DNA of 64,000 nucleotides from Elusimicrobiales bacterium (GCA_035353595.1 DAOPZW010000001.1:1099-65098), one strand, 5' to 3'; positions 37,635 through 48,097 are shown, counted from the stretch's first letter. A program made the numbers and translations. The notes: generated by a model not told the origin, from the letters alone.

Positions 37635-39053
37635 ATGAAACGGGCCAGCGCACTAATTCTGATTGCGGCCGTGTCGGCGATCCCGGCAAAGCCCCTTGCC
37701 GCCCAGACAGCCTCCAATGCTGCCTCGTTCCTTGAAATAGACTGTGGAGCCAGGGGCGAGGCCTTGGGCGGAGCGTTCACGGCCATAGCCGACGACGCCT
37801 CTTCCGTTTTTTACAACCCGGCCGGACCGGGCCTGGTCAACAGGTCGGAAGTGATGGTTTCGCACTCCCAATGGCTTGAAGGCTTATGGAATGAACAGGT
37901 CGCCTATGTTCATCCTGTAAACGCCAAGTTGACCGTGTTTGCGGGGATAACCGCGCTGGTCAGTCCCCCGCTCGACAAATTCGACGAGACCGGGGCGCAG
38001 AATGGCACATTCAACGCGTTTGACGGCGCGCTGAGCGTGGGCGCCGCGACCGGGTTTGGCGCCAACGGTTATATCGGCATGAACGTGAAAACCATTTATT
38101 CCGAGGCCGACCTCCATAAGGCTTTCGCCTACGCGGGAGATGCCGGAGTCATACAGAATATCGGCGCATTGCGGCTCGGCTTCTCTATACAGAATATCGG
38201 CACGCAGATGAAACTCTATAAAGAAAAGTTCAACCTGCCCCGCATCTCCCGCGGCGGCGCCGCACTTAAGCTGTTAAACAAGCACTGGCTGTCGGCCGAA
38301 GTAATTAGGTTGAACGATGGCAAGGCATTATGGGGCGGAGGGTTGGAAAGCGAATTTACGGTTACTTCGGAATATACCGGGGTATTGCGGTTCGGCTACA
38401 AACAGGGCCGCTCCAAAAATACCGGCTCGGGAATTTCAGCAGGCCTCGGGCTGAAGGCCGGGGATATTTCCGGGGACTACGCGTTTTCCCCGTTCGGAGA
38501 ACTGGGCGCCACGCACCGGCTTACGCTGAACTTAAAATTTGGCGAAAGCCGTGACAGTTCCTCGCGTCCTGCGCGGAGCAAGCCGCCGGTAAAAGCGGAT
38601 ATCCCGGCGCCGGCACCTGATCCCGAACCGACCGCGACGGAGCCGGCAACCGCCACGAACGCGGCGCTTGAAGCGGCGGACAGGTATTATTCCCAAAAGG
38701 ATTATTCCAATGCGGCGGCGCAGTATGCCGCGGCGTCGAAGATGCTGCCGGAAGACGATACGCTCCGCATACGTGTGTTTGAACGGCAGGGACAGATATC
38801 ACTGAAGGGCAAGAACATCCCCAAAGCGAGGGGCTTTTATCTGGCTGCCATACAGACCGCAAAAATACTTGCCGTGACAGATGTGAATGTTGTCAATTCC
38901 TATCTTGGTTTGGCATACTGTTTCGATAAAAGCGCGAACATTCCGGCGGCGATAAAGAACTACGAAAAAGCCCTGGAGCTTTCCACGAACGAAAAGACCA
39001 AGGCGGGGATCCGGAAAACACTGCAGCGGCTTAAATCCAATCCTAAGCAGTAG
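37635..39053 (+). CDS. PorV/PorQ-like outer-membrane beta-barrel protein with C-terminal TPR region
   Basis: Signal peptide. 'FLEIDCGARGEALGGAFTAIADDASSVFYNPAGPGL' is the same signature as the 22887..24116 product. Pro-rich linker, then TPR-like 'YYSQKDYSNAAAQYAAA...'. Starts 7 nt after the M6 stop. Confidence 0.65.
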   Translation: MKRASALILIAAVSAIPAKPLAAQTASNAASFLEIDCGARGEALGGAFTAIADDASSVFYNPAGPGLVNRSEVMVSHSQWLEGLWNEQVAYVHPVNAKLTVFAGITALVSPPLDKFDETGAQNGTFNAFDGALSVGAATGFGANGYIGMNVKTIYSEADLHKAFAYAGDAGVIQNIGALRLGFSIQNIGTQMKLYKEKFNLPRISRGGAALKLLNKHWLSAEVIRLNDGKALWGGGLESEFTVTSEYTGVLRFGYKQGRSKNTGSGISAGLGLKAGDISGDYAFSPFGELGATHRLTLNLKFGESRDSSSRPARSKPPVKADIPAPAPDPEPTATEPATATNAALEAADRYYSQKDYSNAAAQYAAASKMLPEDDTLRIRVFERQGQISLKGKNIPKARGFYLAAIQTAKILAVTDVNVVNSYLGLAYCFDKSANIPAAIKNYEKALELSTNEKTKAGIRKTLQRLKSNPKQ

Positions 39054-39086
39054 CGGGGGCATAACGCGCGGCATCAGTTCTGGTAC

Positions 39087-41318
39087 ATGCGAAGACTTGT
39101 AAAGATTTTAGTGCCGGCTTTAGGCGGGGCCTTGGCGCTTGGCCTGGCCACCTTTGTGGGGTTAAAGCTGTACTTCACCCCGGCCCGGATCAAAGCTCTG
39201 ATAGTCAGCTATGCCGCTGCAAATCTGAAAAGAGAGGCCAGCCTGGATTCCGCCACGTTAACGCTGCGCGGTTTTGCCGTGAAGAATTTGCGGATATCGG
39301 AGTATCCCGACCTGAAGAAAGGCGAGTTCCTGTCCGTCGCCGAGTTCGACATCCGTCCGGACCTGTTGGCGCTGCTCAAAAAGCAAATTAAGATCGGTTC
39401 CATCCTGGCTTCCGGGGTAAATCTCAGCATCGTTGAGGTCGCCACCGGTACCTACAATTTTTCGGATATGCTGCAGTCACAGCCGGGCGCCGGGGTGGCC
39501 GGGACTTCCGTGGCCGCCGCGCCGCCGGCATTCAGTATCTCAAATATAACCGTAAAGAATTTAAAGCTTTCCTATTTAAGCGCGGACAAAAGCATGGCGG
39601 TGCGTTTGTCCGATACCAAATTCACCGCCGGCAATATTTCCGGGGCGGACTTTTTCCCGTTCGAAGCGGGTTCTAAGCTTAAAGTGAAATCTCCGTACCT
39701 GAGCGGCGAGTTCCCGGTATCGGTAAAGGGCAAGCTGGATCTGGGCGGTCTCAACCCGGAAAAGGGCAAAGTAATTATTGAAGCCGGCTCCCTCAAGGCG
39801 GGCAACATCAATGCGGGGTATTCCGGCGAACTGGAAGGGTTCCAGAAATTTTCAATAAAACTCGCGCTGAACGTGGAGCCATTCTCGACCAGTGATCTGA
39901 AACCGTATCTTCCGGCCGTACCGCCCCGCATTCCGGTCCCGGTGATCCGGGTTTCCGCCGTATTCAATGCCACGACCAGCAGCGCGGTCTTCAAAAGCAT
40001 TGAGTTCAAGTCCGGCCCGGCTGAGGGGAATTTAACGGGCCGCGCCGCCTGGAATCCCGCCGTAGACTATGAGCTGCAGGCCCGGTTGAAGGTGCGCAGC
40101 CCTAAGATGGCCTCGGATGTTCTGGCCGTGAATTTCCCCGCCGTTCCCAAAGGTTATCAGCTGCCGCCGGCGAATATCGACGCGGTCGTCTCGCTTACGC
40201 CGGAGAAGATAAGCATCACGGAGGCAAAACTATCAGCCGCCAGTCTTCAAGGCGGCATAGTGGGGGATCTGAAACGATCTCCTCTTTCGTTCATCGGAAT
40301 AGCCAGGTTCAATGTGGGAGAAATGAAGGACATGGCCGCCATCGCCCCGTTCCTTAAACAATTCGAGCCCAAAGGCAAAGCGGGGGCGGATATCAAAATT
40401 AGTTATGCCAAGAAATTGGCGCTGAGCGGAAAGGCCAGTTTCAACGGGATGGGCGCGAAATTCGCCGGCTGCGAGCTTTCCTCTTTGAAAGGCGCGATAG
40501 ACATTTCTAAAAACCAGATGAAATCCAAAGGTATCAGCGCAAAGTTAAATGGCGCGGAATTAAAAATGGATCTCGCCGCCCAGAATTATCTCGAGCGCCC
40601 GAAGATTACGCTTAATGTTGAACAGGCCCCGGTAGTTATTCCGGAAATTTCCATTTCCACCGCGGCTCAGGGCGGCGGGCCCGTTAAGGCCGCACAGCTT
40701 GCGGCGCAGGAAAAACCATTAACCTTTGATCTGAGCGGTGTTTCGAAGATAGGCGGGCTTACCTACCCGGAATTGAACGCCGGCGAAAGCACGTTTAAAT
40801 ATGATCTGAAAGGGATATCTGCGGACCTTACGGGTTTGTCCGGACGGGCGTCTTTTGCGGTAAAAGGCGGAAAATTCGACAATTTGTGCGCCTTGGCGGA
40901 AAAGAACAAGGTTTCAAAAGTTGTGCTGTACCCTATGGTGATATTGGCTGTCGCCTCACGAACCATAAAAGGCGTAAAACTGCCGGATTTCAACACTGTG
41001 GTTTTCAGCAAGATGGAAGGCGATTATGTTTTTGAGAACGGCGTGATGCGATTGCAGAAATCCAGCCTGGACGCAGAAGCGGCCGACGTTAACGCCAGCG
41101 GCAGCATTAACCTTGCTACGGAAGAAATAGACATGAGGGTCAGCGTGAAGCTGAAGAAAGCCAGCGGCATAAGCATGTCCGTGCCCCTGGCGATGAAGAT
41201 CAAGGGCACTTTTGCCGCGCCGGAGGCGAAAGTCGATGTGAAGTCCGTCCTGGACCAGCCCGTAATTAAAGACAACCTGAAAAAACTATGGGACGGATTG
41301 GTTAAGAAAAAGAAGTGA
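39087..41318 (+). CDS. AsmA-family protein
   Basis: 743 aa. N-terminal anchor 'ILVPALGGALALGLATFVGL', then a long beta-rich region with a C-terminal AsmA-like segment ('DVNASGSINLATEEIDMRVSVKL'). Confidence 0.55.
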   Translation: MRRLVKILVPALGGALALGLATFVGLKLYFTPARIKALIVSYAAANLKREASLDSATLTLRGFAVKNLRISEYPDLKKGEFLSVAEFDIRPDLLALLKKQIKIGSILASGVNLSIVEVATGTYNFSDMLQSQPGAGVAGTSVAAAPPAFSISNITVKNLKLSYLSADKSMAVRLSDTKFTAGNISGADFFPFEAGSKLKVKSPYLSGEFPVSVKGKLDLGGLNPEKGKVIIEAGSLKAGNINAGYSGELEGFQKFSIKLALNVEPFSTSDLKPYLPAVPPRIPVPVIRVSAVFNATTSSAVFKSIEFKSGPAEGNLTGRAAWNPAVDYELQARLKVRSPKMASDVLAVNFPAVPKGYQLPPANIDAVVSLTPEKISITEAKLSAASLQGGIVGDLKRSPLSFIGIARFNVGEMKDMAAIAPFLKQFEPKGKAGADIKISYAKKLALSGKASFNGMGAKFAGCELSSLKGAIDISKNQMKSKGISAKLNGAELKMDLAAQNYLERPKITLNVEQAPVVIPEISISTAAQGGGPVKAAQLAAQEKPLTFDLSGVSKIGGLTYPELNAGESTFKYDLKGISADLTGLSGRASFAVKGGKFDNLCALAEKNKVSKVVLYPMVILAVASRTIKGVKLPDFNTVVFSKMEGDYVFENGVMRLQKSSLDAEAADVNASGSINLATEEIDMRVSVKLKKASGISMSVPLAMKIKGTFAAPEAKVDVKSVLDQPVIKDNLKKLWDGLVKKKK

Positions 41319-41380
41319 ACGGTAATGCGGTTTTTTTGCGGGTAACCGACTGCGGCTTTTTCTTAAACCCGCGCTGATCT

Positions 41381-42673
41381 TTATTCGTAGCGCAGCGCTT
41401 CCACGGGGTCCAGCTTGGAGGCCTGGAGGGCGGGGTACAGGGCGGCCAGGAAGCCGGTGAGCACGGCGGCCAGCACCGACAGCAGCGGCATCCACCATTG
41501 CACCATCATCATGTCCGTATCGCCTTTGGAGGCCAGGTATTGTATGCCGGTCATCGAGATGAGGATGCCCGCTATGCCGCCGAAGAAGCCCAGCAGCATG
41601 GCCTCGATGAGGAACTGCGCCATGATGTCGGCGCGGGTGGCGCCGATGGCGCGCCGGATGCCTATTTCCTTGATGCGGGAATAAATGGTGGCCAGCGTCA
41701 CGTTCATGATACCTATGCCGCCGGCCAGGATGGCGATGGCGCCGATGATCAGCACCGTGTACATGTCGCGGTGCTTGTCGGCCATCTTGGTCTTTATGAT
41801 CTCGCCGAAATCCTTGATGTCCAGCCGCAGCCTGCCGCCGTGCCTGGCCTGCAGGGTCTTTTCCATGCGGCGCTTGTATAATTCAACCGTCGAGGCTTTG
41901 CCGGTGTCCACGTTGATGGCGTCGATGCTGCCCACGCCGCCCCAGCCGCTGTCGAGCAGGCGTTGGTAGGTGGTTACCGGTACCATCACCTTCGCGTCCC
42001 ACTCCTCCAGGTCCAGGAAAGTTTTGGGGTTGTTCTCCAGCGGCGGGGATTCCAGGATGCCGACCACCGTATAAATATTGTCGCCCAGCTGCACGGTCTT
42101 GCCCAGCAGGTCGTGATGCTTTATGAATTCCTGGAAATCGTCCTTCCAGCCGTAGAACTTCATCCACTGCGGCTTCTTGAACCAGCCGCCGGTCTGGATG
42201 ATGACGCAGACGCGGGCATAGGAATCTATGTCGTATTGGCTGATAAAGCGCCCGCGCACCTTGTAGATCCAGCCGCGCTTCTTCCACTCCAGCGTGATGC
42301 CGCCCACGCCTTCCCAGTCATTGTAGTCGCCGTAAACGAACTGCGCCCCGCTGTCGGTGACGGGCGAGACCATAGGCAGCTCCGGGAAATTGGCGCGCAG
42401 CGCCATGGCGTCCTCGAAGGTTATATGGTCGCGGGCTTCCTTCTTGTCAATGCTGGTGCTTTCCTGGTAGGAGCGCTTGGTCTGGATCTTAAGGCGGCCG
42501 TGGCCCAGCACTTCCAGCGCTTTCCTGGTGCGGAAGTTCATCGAATAGATGAGCGTGAGGCTGTACATGATGGAGATGACGCCGATGGAGATGGCGAAAA
42601 AAGTAAGGAAGGACCGCATCTTGTGATGCAGGATCTCCAGCGTGCCCGTGCGCAGCGATTCTGAAATTCTCAT
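41381..42673 (-). CDS. MacB/FtsX-type ABC transporter permease
   Basis: 430 aa. N-terminal TM, large periplasmic domain, then the C-terminal FtsX 3-TM bundle ('EIGIRRAIGATRADI'). Confidence 0.85.
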   Translation of the reverse strand: MRISESLRTGTLEILHHKMRSFLTFFAISIGVISIMYSLTLIYSMNFRTRKALEVLGHGRLKIQTKRSYQESTSIDKKEARDHITFEDAMALRANFPELPMVSPVTDSGAQFVYGDYNDWEGVGGITLEWKKRGWIYKVRGRFISQYDIDSYARVCVIIQTGGWFKKPQWMKFYGWKDDFQEFIKHHDLLGKTVQLGDNIYTVVGILESPPLENNPKTFLDLEEWDAKVMVPVTTYQRLLDSGWGGVGSIDAINVDTGKASTVELYKRRMEKTLQARHGGRLRLDIKDFGEIIKTKMADKHRDMYTVLIIGAIAILAGGIGIMNVTLATIYSRIKEIGIRRAIGATRADIMAQFLIEAMLLGFFGGIAGILISMTGIQYLASKGDTDMMMVQWWMPLLSVLAAVLTGFLAALYPALQASKLDPVEALRYE

Positions 42674-43338
42674 GGGTTCTCGATGGCCCCGTCTTTCATG
42701 CTGATTATGCGCGAAGCCTGTTTGGCCAGGCCCTGGTCGTGCGTGACCATGATTATCGTAAGCCCGGAAGCGTTCAGTTCCTTGAGCAGCGCCATCACTT
42801 CCAGCCCGGTGCGCGAATCCAGATTGCCGGTGGGCTCGTCGGCCAGCAGCAGGCCGGGGTTATTGGCCAGCGCCCGGGCCATGCCCACGCGCTGGCGCTC
42901 GCCGCCGGAAAGTTCCAGCGGGCTGTGCTCGGCCTTGTCTTTAAGCCCCACGCGTTCCAGCAGCGCGCGGGCGCGGGTTTCGCTCTCGTCGGAAGCGGCG
43001 CCCAGGTAGAGCATGGGCAGGCGCACATTGTCCAGCGCCGTGAAGCGCGGCAGCAGATTGAAGGACTGGAAGATGAAGCCCACCTCGGAAAGGCGCAGCG
43101 CGGAGCGCTCGGAGTCGGAGAAAGAACCGACATTTCGGTCCCGGAAAAAATAGTGGCCCGCGCTGGGTTTGTCCAGGAACCCCAGGATATTCAACAGCGT
43201 GGATTTGCCGCAGCCCGACGGCCCCGTGACGGCCACGAATTCGCCGGCCTTGATGGAAAGGTCCAGCCCTATCAGGGCCTGGAAACCGTGCAGCCGCTTG
43301 AGCTGGTAGGTTTTTTGGAGGTTCTCGCACTTGATCAC
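42670..43338 (-). CDS. ABC transporter ATP-binding protein (MacB/LolD type)
   Basis: Walker A 'GPSGCGKST', signature 'LSGGERQR', Walker B 'LLLADEPTGNLD'. Confidence 0.92.
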   Translation of the reverse strand: MIKCENLQKTYQLKRLHGFQALIGLDLSIKAGEFVAVTGPSGCGKSTLLNILGFLDKPSAGHYFFRDRNVGSFSDSERSALRLSEVGFIFQSFNLLPRFTALDNVRLPMLYLGAASDESETRARALLERVGLKDKAEHSPLELSGGERQRVGMARALANNPGLLLADEPTGNLDSRTGLEVMALLKELNASGLTIIMVTHDQGLAKQASRIISMKDGAIENP

Positions 43339-43351
43339 GGTGGCTCCGGTG

Positions 43352-44353
43352 CTATTTGCCCGCAGGGGGTGAAGCCGGGCTGCCTGAGGCGCCGCCGGCG
43401 GCGGAACCGGCGGGCTTGGGGGCGTCGTCGGCCTCTATGTTCAGCGGCTTGTCGGCGTAAACGGTGTCGCCTTCTTTAAGCCCCGAGAGCACTTCCACTT
43501 CCGTCTCGTTGCGCAGACCGGTCTTAATGTCTGCTTTCCTGGATTTGCCGCCGGGTACGTACAGGTAGGCGAATTGCCTCCCCTTTTCCTCGAAAAGTCC
43601 GGAAACAGGCATTACCAGCGTGCCGCGCCGGGAGTCCATCACGGCTTCTATGCGCGAAGTCATGCCGGATTTAACCCTGGCCAAATTCTTCTGGTCTATG
43701 CCTATTTCCACTTTGAAGCTCTTGGTGCTGCCGCGGCTGGATTCCGCCTGGGGGGAGATCAGCGTGATCCTGCCGCTCAGCGGCAGGGCGGGCAGCGCGT
43801 CTATGGTCACTTTTACCGGCAGGCCGGCGCGCAGCTTCATAACTTCCATCTCGCTGACGTTGAGCCCCACCACCAGCGAGGTGAAATCACCCACCTGCAT
43901 CAGGCAGGCCGGGCTGCCGTCGGCCAGGCCGCTGATGCGCTGGTCGATCTTGACTATGCCGCCGGAACCCGAGTTGCCGGAACAGGTCAGCACGGTGCCG
44001 CTGATGGGCGCGGCCACGTCCACCGGCACGTATTTATCCGAATCGGTCTGGCCGGGCTGCACCACGGCCAGCTTGTCGCCCTTCTTTACGGTGTCGCCTT
44101 CGCGGGCCAGCACCGCGGTCACGCGGCCGCCTACGCGCGAATATACTTCTATCACGTCCCTGGGGCGCACGTCGCCTATGTCCTGGAACTTGACCGCGAT
44201 ATCGCCTTTGGTCACGGTCACCTTTTCTATTTCGCCTTCCACCAGCGAAGTGTTCTTGTAGGCGCGGTAGCCCCACCAGCCGCCGCCGCCCAGCACGGCC
44301 AGGAGCCCGCCGTAGATGAAAATTTTCCGCAGTAAGTGTTTAAGTGTTTTCAT
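43352..44353 (-). CDS. Efflux periplasmic adaptor (HlyD/MFP family)
   Basis: N-terminal anchor, lipoyl-like hairpin ('GDTVKKGDKLAVV'), beta-barrel domain. Confidence 0.8.
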   Translation of the reverse strand: MKTLKHLLRKIFIYGGLLAVLGGGGWWGYRAYKNTSLVEGEIEKVTVTKGDIAVKFQDIGDVRPRDVIEVYSRVGGRVTAVLAREGDTVKKGDKLAVVQPGQTDSDKYVPVDVAAPISGTVLTCSGNSGSGGIVKIDQRISGLADGSPACLMQVGDFTSLVVGLNVSEMEVMKLRAGLPVKVTIDALPALPLSGRITLISPQAESSRGSTKSFKVEIGIDQKNLARVKSGMTSRIEAVMDSRRGTLVMPVSGLFEEKGRQFAYLYVPGGKSRKADIKTGLRNETEVEVLSGLKEGDTVYADKPLNIEADDAPKPAGSAAGGASGSPASPPAGK

Positions 44354-44368
44354 AAGCGGCGCGGCGCC

Positions 44369-45646
44369 TCAACGCCAGATCTTCCTGCCCACGGTCTTGT
44401 CATAAGAAATGCGGTCGAGCAGCAGGTCGAAGAACGAATTGGCCAGGCTGTTCTGCGCGCTCAGTTCGTCGGACTGCGCGTCGTTGAGCTCGATGATGCC
44501 GGCCCGGCCCTGGGAATACTTTTCTTTTACTATGGCGAGGTTCTCCGCCGAGATCTCGGCCTGCATTTTGGCTACTTCATAGCTTTTAAGCGCCAGCGCC
44601 CGGGAATGCCAGGCCGAAATTATTTCTTTTTTTGCGGCCAGCTCGTCGGAGAGCAGCGACCGCTGCGAACGCGCCAGCTCGATCTCGGCCGACAAATTCG
44701 AATTGTTGACGCCCAGGGTGCCCACGCCCAGGGGCAGGGACAGGCTGACGCCGGCGGAGTAGGAGTGGTTCAGCGCGCCGGGCGCCGGGTCGCCCAGGCC
44801 CAGCAGGCCCTGGCGGCTGTAGGAAGCGTCCGCCGATAAGTTCGGCAGCCAGCCGATGCGGGCTTCCTTGCGGGCTATTTTTTTTTGCTCCAGGGAAAGC
44901 CGCGCCTGGCGCAGGTCCGGCCTGTTGGCCAGCGCATAGGCCAGGTCCGCGGACAGGTCCGGCATGCCGAGGTCGGAAACCCCGGTCACTTCGGCCAGCA
45001 GGGCTTCTTCGTCGGGCTGGCGGTAGACCAGTGTGTTGAAGGCCATCTCCGAGTTGCGGCAGCTCTCGGCGTAACTCATTTCGCTGAGCTGGCTGGAGCG
45101 GAAATTCAGTTCGCTCTTGAGCACGTCGGAATAGCTCTTGAGCCCGTCCTTGTAATAGGCCTGGGCTTTCCTGAACTGCTCCTCGTAGGCGGCCAGGCTG
45201 GCCTGCGCCACTTTCCTGAGCTGGCGCTTGCGGAGCACGTCGTAATAAGTGTTGAGGGCGCTGATGGTCAGGTCCTGCCGGGCGGAGAACAGCGCCAGTT
45301 CCGTGCTGTCTCGGCCCAGGCGCGCCGAGTCCAGCCCCAGCTTGTCCTTGAAATTATTGAACAGGTTCAGCGAGGCCGACAGCCCGGCCGTAGTGTTGTT
45401 TTTAGCGAAGGCCAGCCGGGGGGAACGCGACGAGCTGTAGAAGGTGTTGGCGGCGCTGACCGAGACCGAGGGCAGGTAGAAGGAAGCCAGGGAATACAGG
45501 TAGCCGCTGCGGGAAAGCTCCAGGCTTTCCTCGGCCTGTTTGAGCGTATGCGAAACCGCGAAGACCTCGGCCAGGTAGCTGTCCAGCGTCCAGGAGGCGG
45601 CGCTGGCCGCCTGGCTGAACGCGAGGAGCAGGACGAGGATCTTCAT
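44369..45646 (-). CDS. TolC-family outer-membrane efflux protein
   Basis: Signal peptide, duplicated coiled-coil/beta architecture, 425 aa. Located in an operon with the adaptor and ABC genes. Confidence 0.8.
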   Translation of the reverse strand: MKILVLLLAFSQAASAASWTLDSYLAEVFAVSHTLKQAEESLELSRSGYLYSLASFYLPSVSVSAANTFYSSSRSPRLAFAKNNTTAGLSASLNLFNNFKDKLGLDSARLGRDSTELALFSARQDLTISALNTYYDVLRKRQLRKVAQASLAAYEEQFRKAQAYYKDGLKSYSDVLKSELNFRSSQLSEMSYAESCRNSEMAFNTLVYRQPDEEALLAEVTGVSDLGMPDLSADLAYALANRPDLRQARLSLEQKKIARKEARIGWLPNLSADASYSRQGLLGLGDPAPGALNHSYSAGVSLSLPLGVGTLGVNNSNLSAEIELARSQRSLLSDELAAKKEIISAWHSRALALKSYEVAKMQAEISAENLAIVKEKYSQGRAGIIELNDAQSDELSAQNSLANSFFDLLLDRISYDKTVGRKIWR

Positions 45647-45652
45647 TTGCGG

Positions 45653-47083
45653 CTATTTGCCCTTAAGTTTCGCCGTATAGGCCGCGTGGAATTTCTTCAT
45701 CTCCGCCACCAGCTGCTTGATCTCGTCTTTGGGCGGCAGGAAAGTGGTGCGGAAGTGCAGCGTGCCCGGCCGCTGGCCGAAGCCCGAGCCCGGCACCACG
45801 CAGATGCCGGTGGCCTCCAGCAGCTCCAGGCAGTAGTCGCCGTCGCGGCCGGCCTCGTAGGCCGCCCGCTCTTCGGCGGTCATCGCGTCGGGGTTCACGC
45901 CGGAGGCGTGCGGCAGGTCGAATTTTACGAAAGCGTACATGGCGCCTTCCGGAATGTTCGTGGTCATGCCGGGGATCTCGTTCAGGCCGCGGCCCAGGAT
46001 CTCCGCTTTCTCCCTGAGGTCGCTGAGGATGGCGGAGCGCTCGGCCGTGTAGAGCGAATAGCTGGCTTCGCCCTTGACCGGCGGCGCCACCATCAGGCCG
46101 GTAACCACCTGGCCGTCCACGTTGGAGCACAGGCCGATGGACTGCAGCTTGATCATCTCCGCGTAAACATCGTCGGGCATGTTCCGGATCTCCAGGTAGC
46201 CGCCGCGGTGGCCGCATTCGCCCAGGAAACCTTTCGACACGGAGTGGAAGCTGAACAGCGTCACTTCGGTTTCGCCCATGTCGTGCATGACCTTGGCGAA
46301 GGAATGGAATTTCAGCTTGTCGGAATAGATGTTCTCCTGGTACACCTCGTCGGCCAGGATGGCCAGCCCGTTCCTCTTGGCGAAGCCGATTATCATCTTG
46401 ATGTTCTCGCGGGACAGCACCGCGCCGGTGGGGTTGCCGGGGTTGATGACGGCGATGGCCACGGGGTTGATGCCGCTTTCGCGGCCGGCGGCCAGGCTGG
46501 ATTCCAGCTCGCTCTCGTCGAGCTGCCAGTGCTTGGCCTCGTCGAGGAAATAATTTATCTGCCTGGCGCCGTACAGCTCTATGGTGGCGCTGTACAGCGG
46601 GTACTGGGGGATGGGGATCATGAACCCGTCGTTGCTGCCCTTGATGAGCAGCGTGAACGCCGCCTGCACGCCCTTGCTGGCGCCGTCGGTGAGCAGGATG
46701 CGGTCCGGGTCGGCCGGGATGCCGTCGCGCCGGGTTATGAACTCCGCCACCGCGCGGCGGAAGAACGGTATGCCGGCGCTCTGGGTGTACGCCCCGGTGC
46801 CGCTGGGGTTATTCGCCAGTATGGTTTTGGCCCGGGCTATGGCGTCGGCCGGAAAAAGCTTCGCGGCTTCGGGCATTTCCAGCAGGGCCGGGTATTCCAG
46901 CAGGCTCAACACCTGGCGCACGAAAGTTATGGGCTTCTGCTTGAGCGCCTGCGGGTTGCCGATATTGCAGTAAATTATTTTACGACCCTGGGCTTCCAGC
47001 TGGTTGGCCCGGGCAACAATTTTGCCCCTTACGGCATAATGGGCTTTGCGGAGTTTTGGATTGACATCGTTGAGTTTTACCAT
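45653..47083 (-). CDS. PLP-dependent aminotransferase, alanine-aminotransferase-like
   Basis: 'CNIGNPQ', 'VINPGNPTG', 'SFHSVSKGFLGECGHRGGY' with the PLP-binding Lys in SKG. Confidence 0.85.
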   Translation of the reverse strand: MVKLNDVNPKLRKAHYAVRGKIVARANQLEAQGRKIIYCNIGNPQALKQKPITFVRQVLSLLEYPALLEMPEAAKLFPADAIARAKTILANNPSGTGAYTQSAGIPFFRRAVAEFITRRDGIPADPDRILLTDGASKGVQAAFTLLIKGSNDGFMIPIPQYPLYSATIELYGARQINYFLDEAKHWQLDESELESSLAAGRESGINPVAIAVINPGNPTGAVLSRENIKMIIGFAKRNGLAILADEVYQENIYSDKLKFHSFAKVMHDMGETEVTLFSFHSVSKGFLGECGHRGGYLEIRNMPDDVYAEMIKLQSIGLCSNVDGQVVTGLMVAPPVKGEASYSLYTAERSAILSDLREKAEILGRGLNEIPGMTTNIPEGAMYAFVKFDLPHASGVNPDAMTAEERAAYEAGRDGDYCLELLEATGICVVPGSGFGQRPGTLHFRTTFLPPKDEIKQLVAEMKKFHAAYTAKLKGK

Positions 47084-47158
47084 AGCTTAAATTATATAAA
47101 TATTAGCGGGCCTCCGATTCGCCGGAAAGATTAGGTAAAATAAACGGGGCAGGAAAAT

Positions 47159-48097
47159 ATGCATATCATCAGCGCCTCCAGGCGCACCGACATCCCCCAT
47201 TACTACGCCCCGTGGTTCCGGGCCCGGCGGCGGGCCGGGTTCGCCGATTACCGTACGGTGTTCGGCGGCGGCAGCAAGGGGTATTTCCGGGCTTCGCTCA
47301 GGCCGGAGGAGGTAATAGGCTATTTGTTCTGGACCAAGTTCGCGGGGCCTTTCCACGGCGAGCTGGCGGCGCTGCGGGCGGAGAACCTGCCTTATGTTTT
47401 TCAGTACACCATCACCGGCTACGGCCGGGAAATCGAGCCTGGCATCCCGGACCGCGAGGCGGCCATAGCGGATTTCCTGGCCGTGGAAAAAACTTTGCCG
47501 GGCCCCGCCGCCATACAGTGGCGCTACGACCCGGTGCTGATCTCCGACAAGACCTACGGCCACGCCTGGCACCGGGAAAATTTCAGGCAGATAGCCGCGC
47601 GCCTGGCCGGCCATACCCGCGTGGTGAACGTGAGCTTTACCGAGCCTTACCGCAAAGCCGTAGGCAAAGTGCCGGCCGGGCATAATATCCTGTGGCGCCA
47701 GAGCCCCGGGCAGTGCGAGGGGCTGGCTTTGAAACACCCGCAACTGCGCGCGGTGGGCGAGCCGGAGACGGCGCTGCTGCACGAGCTGGCCGCCATCGCC
47801 GGCGCCTGCGGCATACAGCTGCGCGTCTGCTGCAATAAAGAATACGCCTATGAATTTCCCCGGGCGCAATGCTGCGGCCCCGAACTGTTCGCCCCTTACG
47901 GGCCGGTGCTGGAGCTGCAGGTCACCGGCCTGCCGCAGGGCCCTTCGCGCGAAAGCTGCCGCTGCCTGAAAACCGTGGATATAGGCATGTCCGACACCTG
48001 CCCGGCCGGCTGCTTCTACTGTTATGTAACCACCACCGCACAGCAGGCCGCCAAGAATTTTGAGAACCACGACCCGGGCGCGGCGCGGCTGCGGTAG
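47159..48097 (+). CDS. DUF1848-family protein
   Basis: N-terminus 'MHIISASRRTDIPHYYAPWF' and a C-terminal Cys cluster ('CRCLKTVDIGMSDTCPAGCFYCY'), both typical of DUF1848. Confidence 0.6.
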   Translation: MHIISASRRTDIPHYYAPWFRARRRAGFADYRTVFGGGSKGYFRASLRPEEVIGYLFWTKFAGPFHGELAALRAENLPYVFQYTITGYGREIEPGIPDREAAIADFLAVEKTLPGPAAIQWRYDPVLISDKTYGHAWHRENFRQIAARLAGHTRVVNVSFTEPYRKAVGKVPAGHNILWRQSPGQCEGLALKHPQLRAVGEPETALLHELAAIAGACGIQLRVCCNKEYAYEFPRAQCCGPELFAPYGPVLELQVTGLPQGPSRESCRCLKTVDIGMSDTCPAGCFYCYVTTTAQQAAKNFENHDPGAARLR

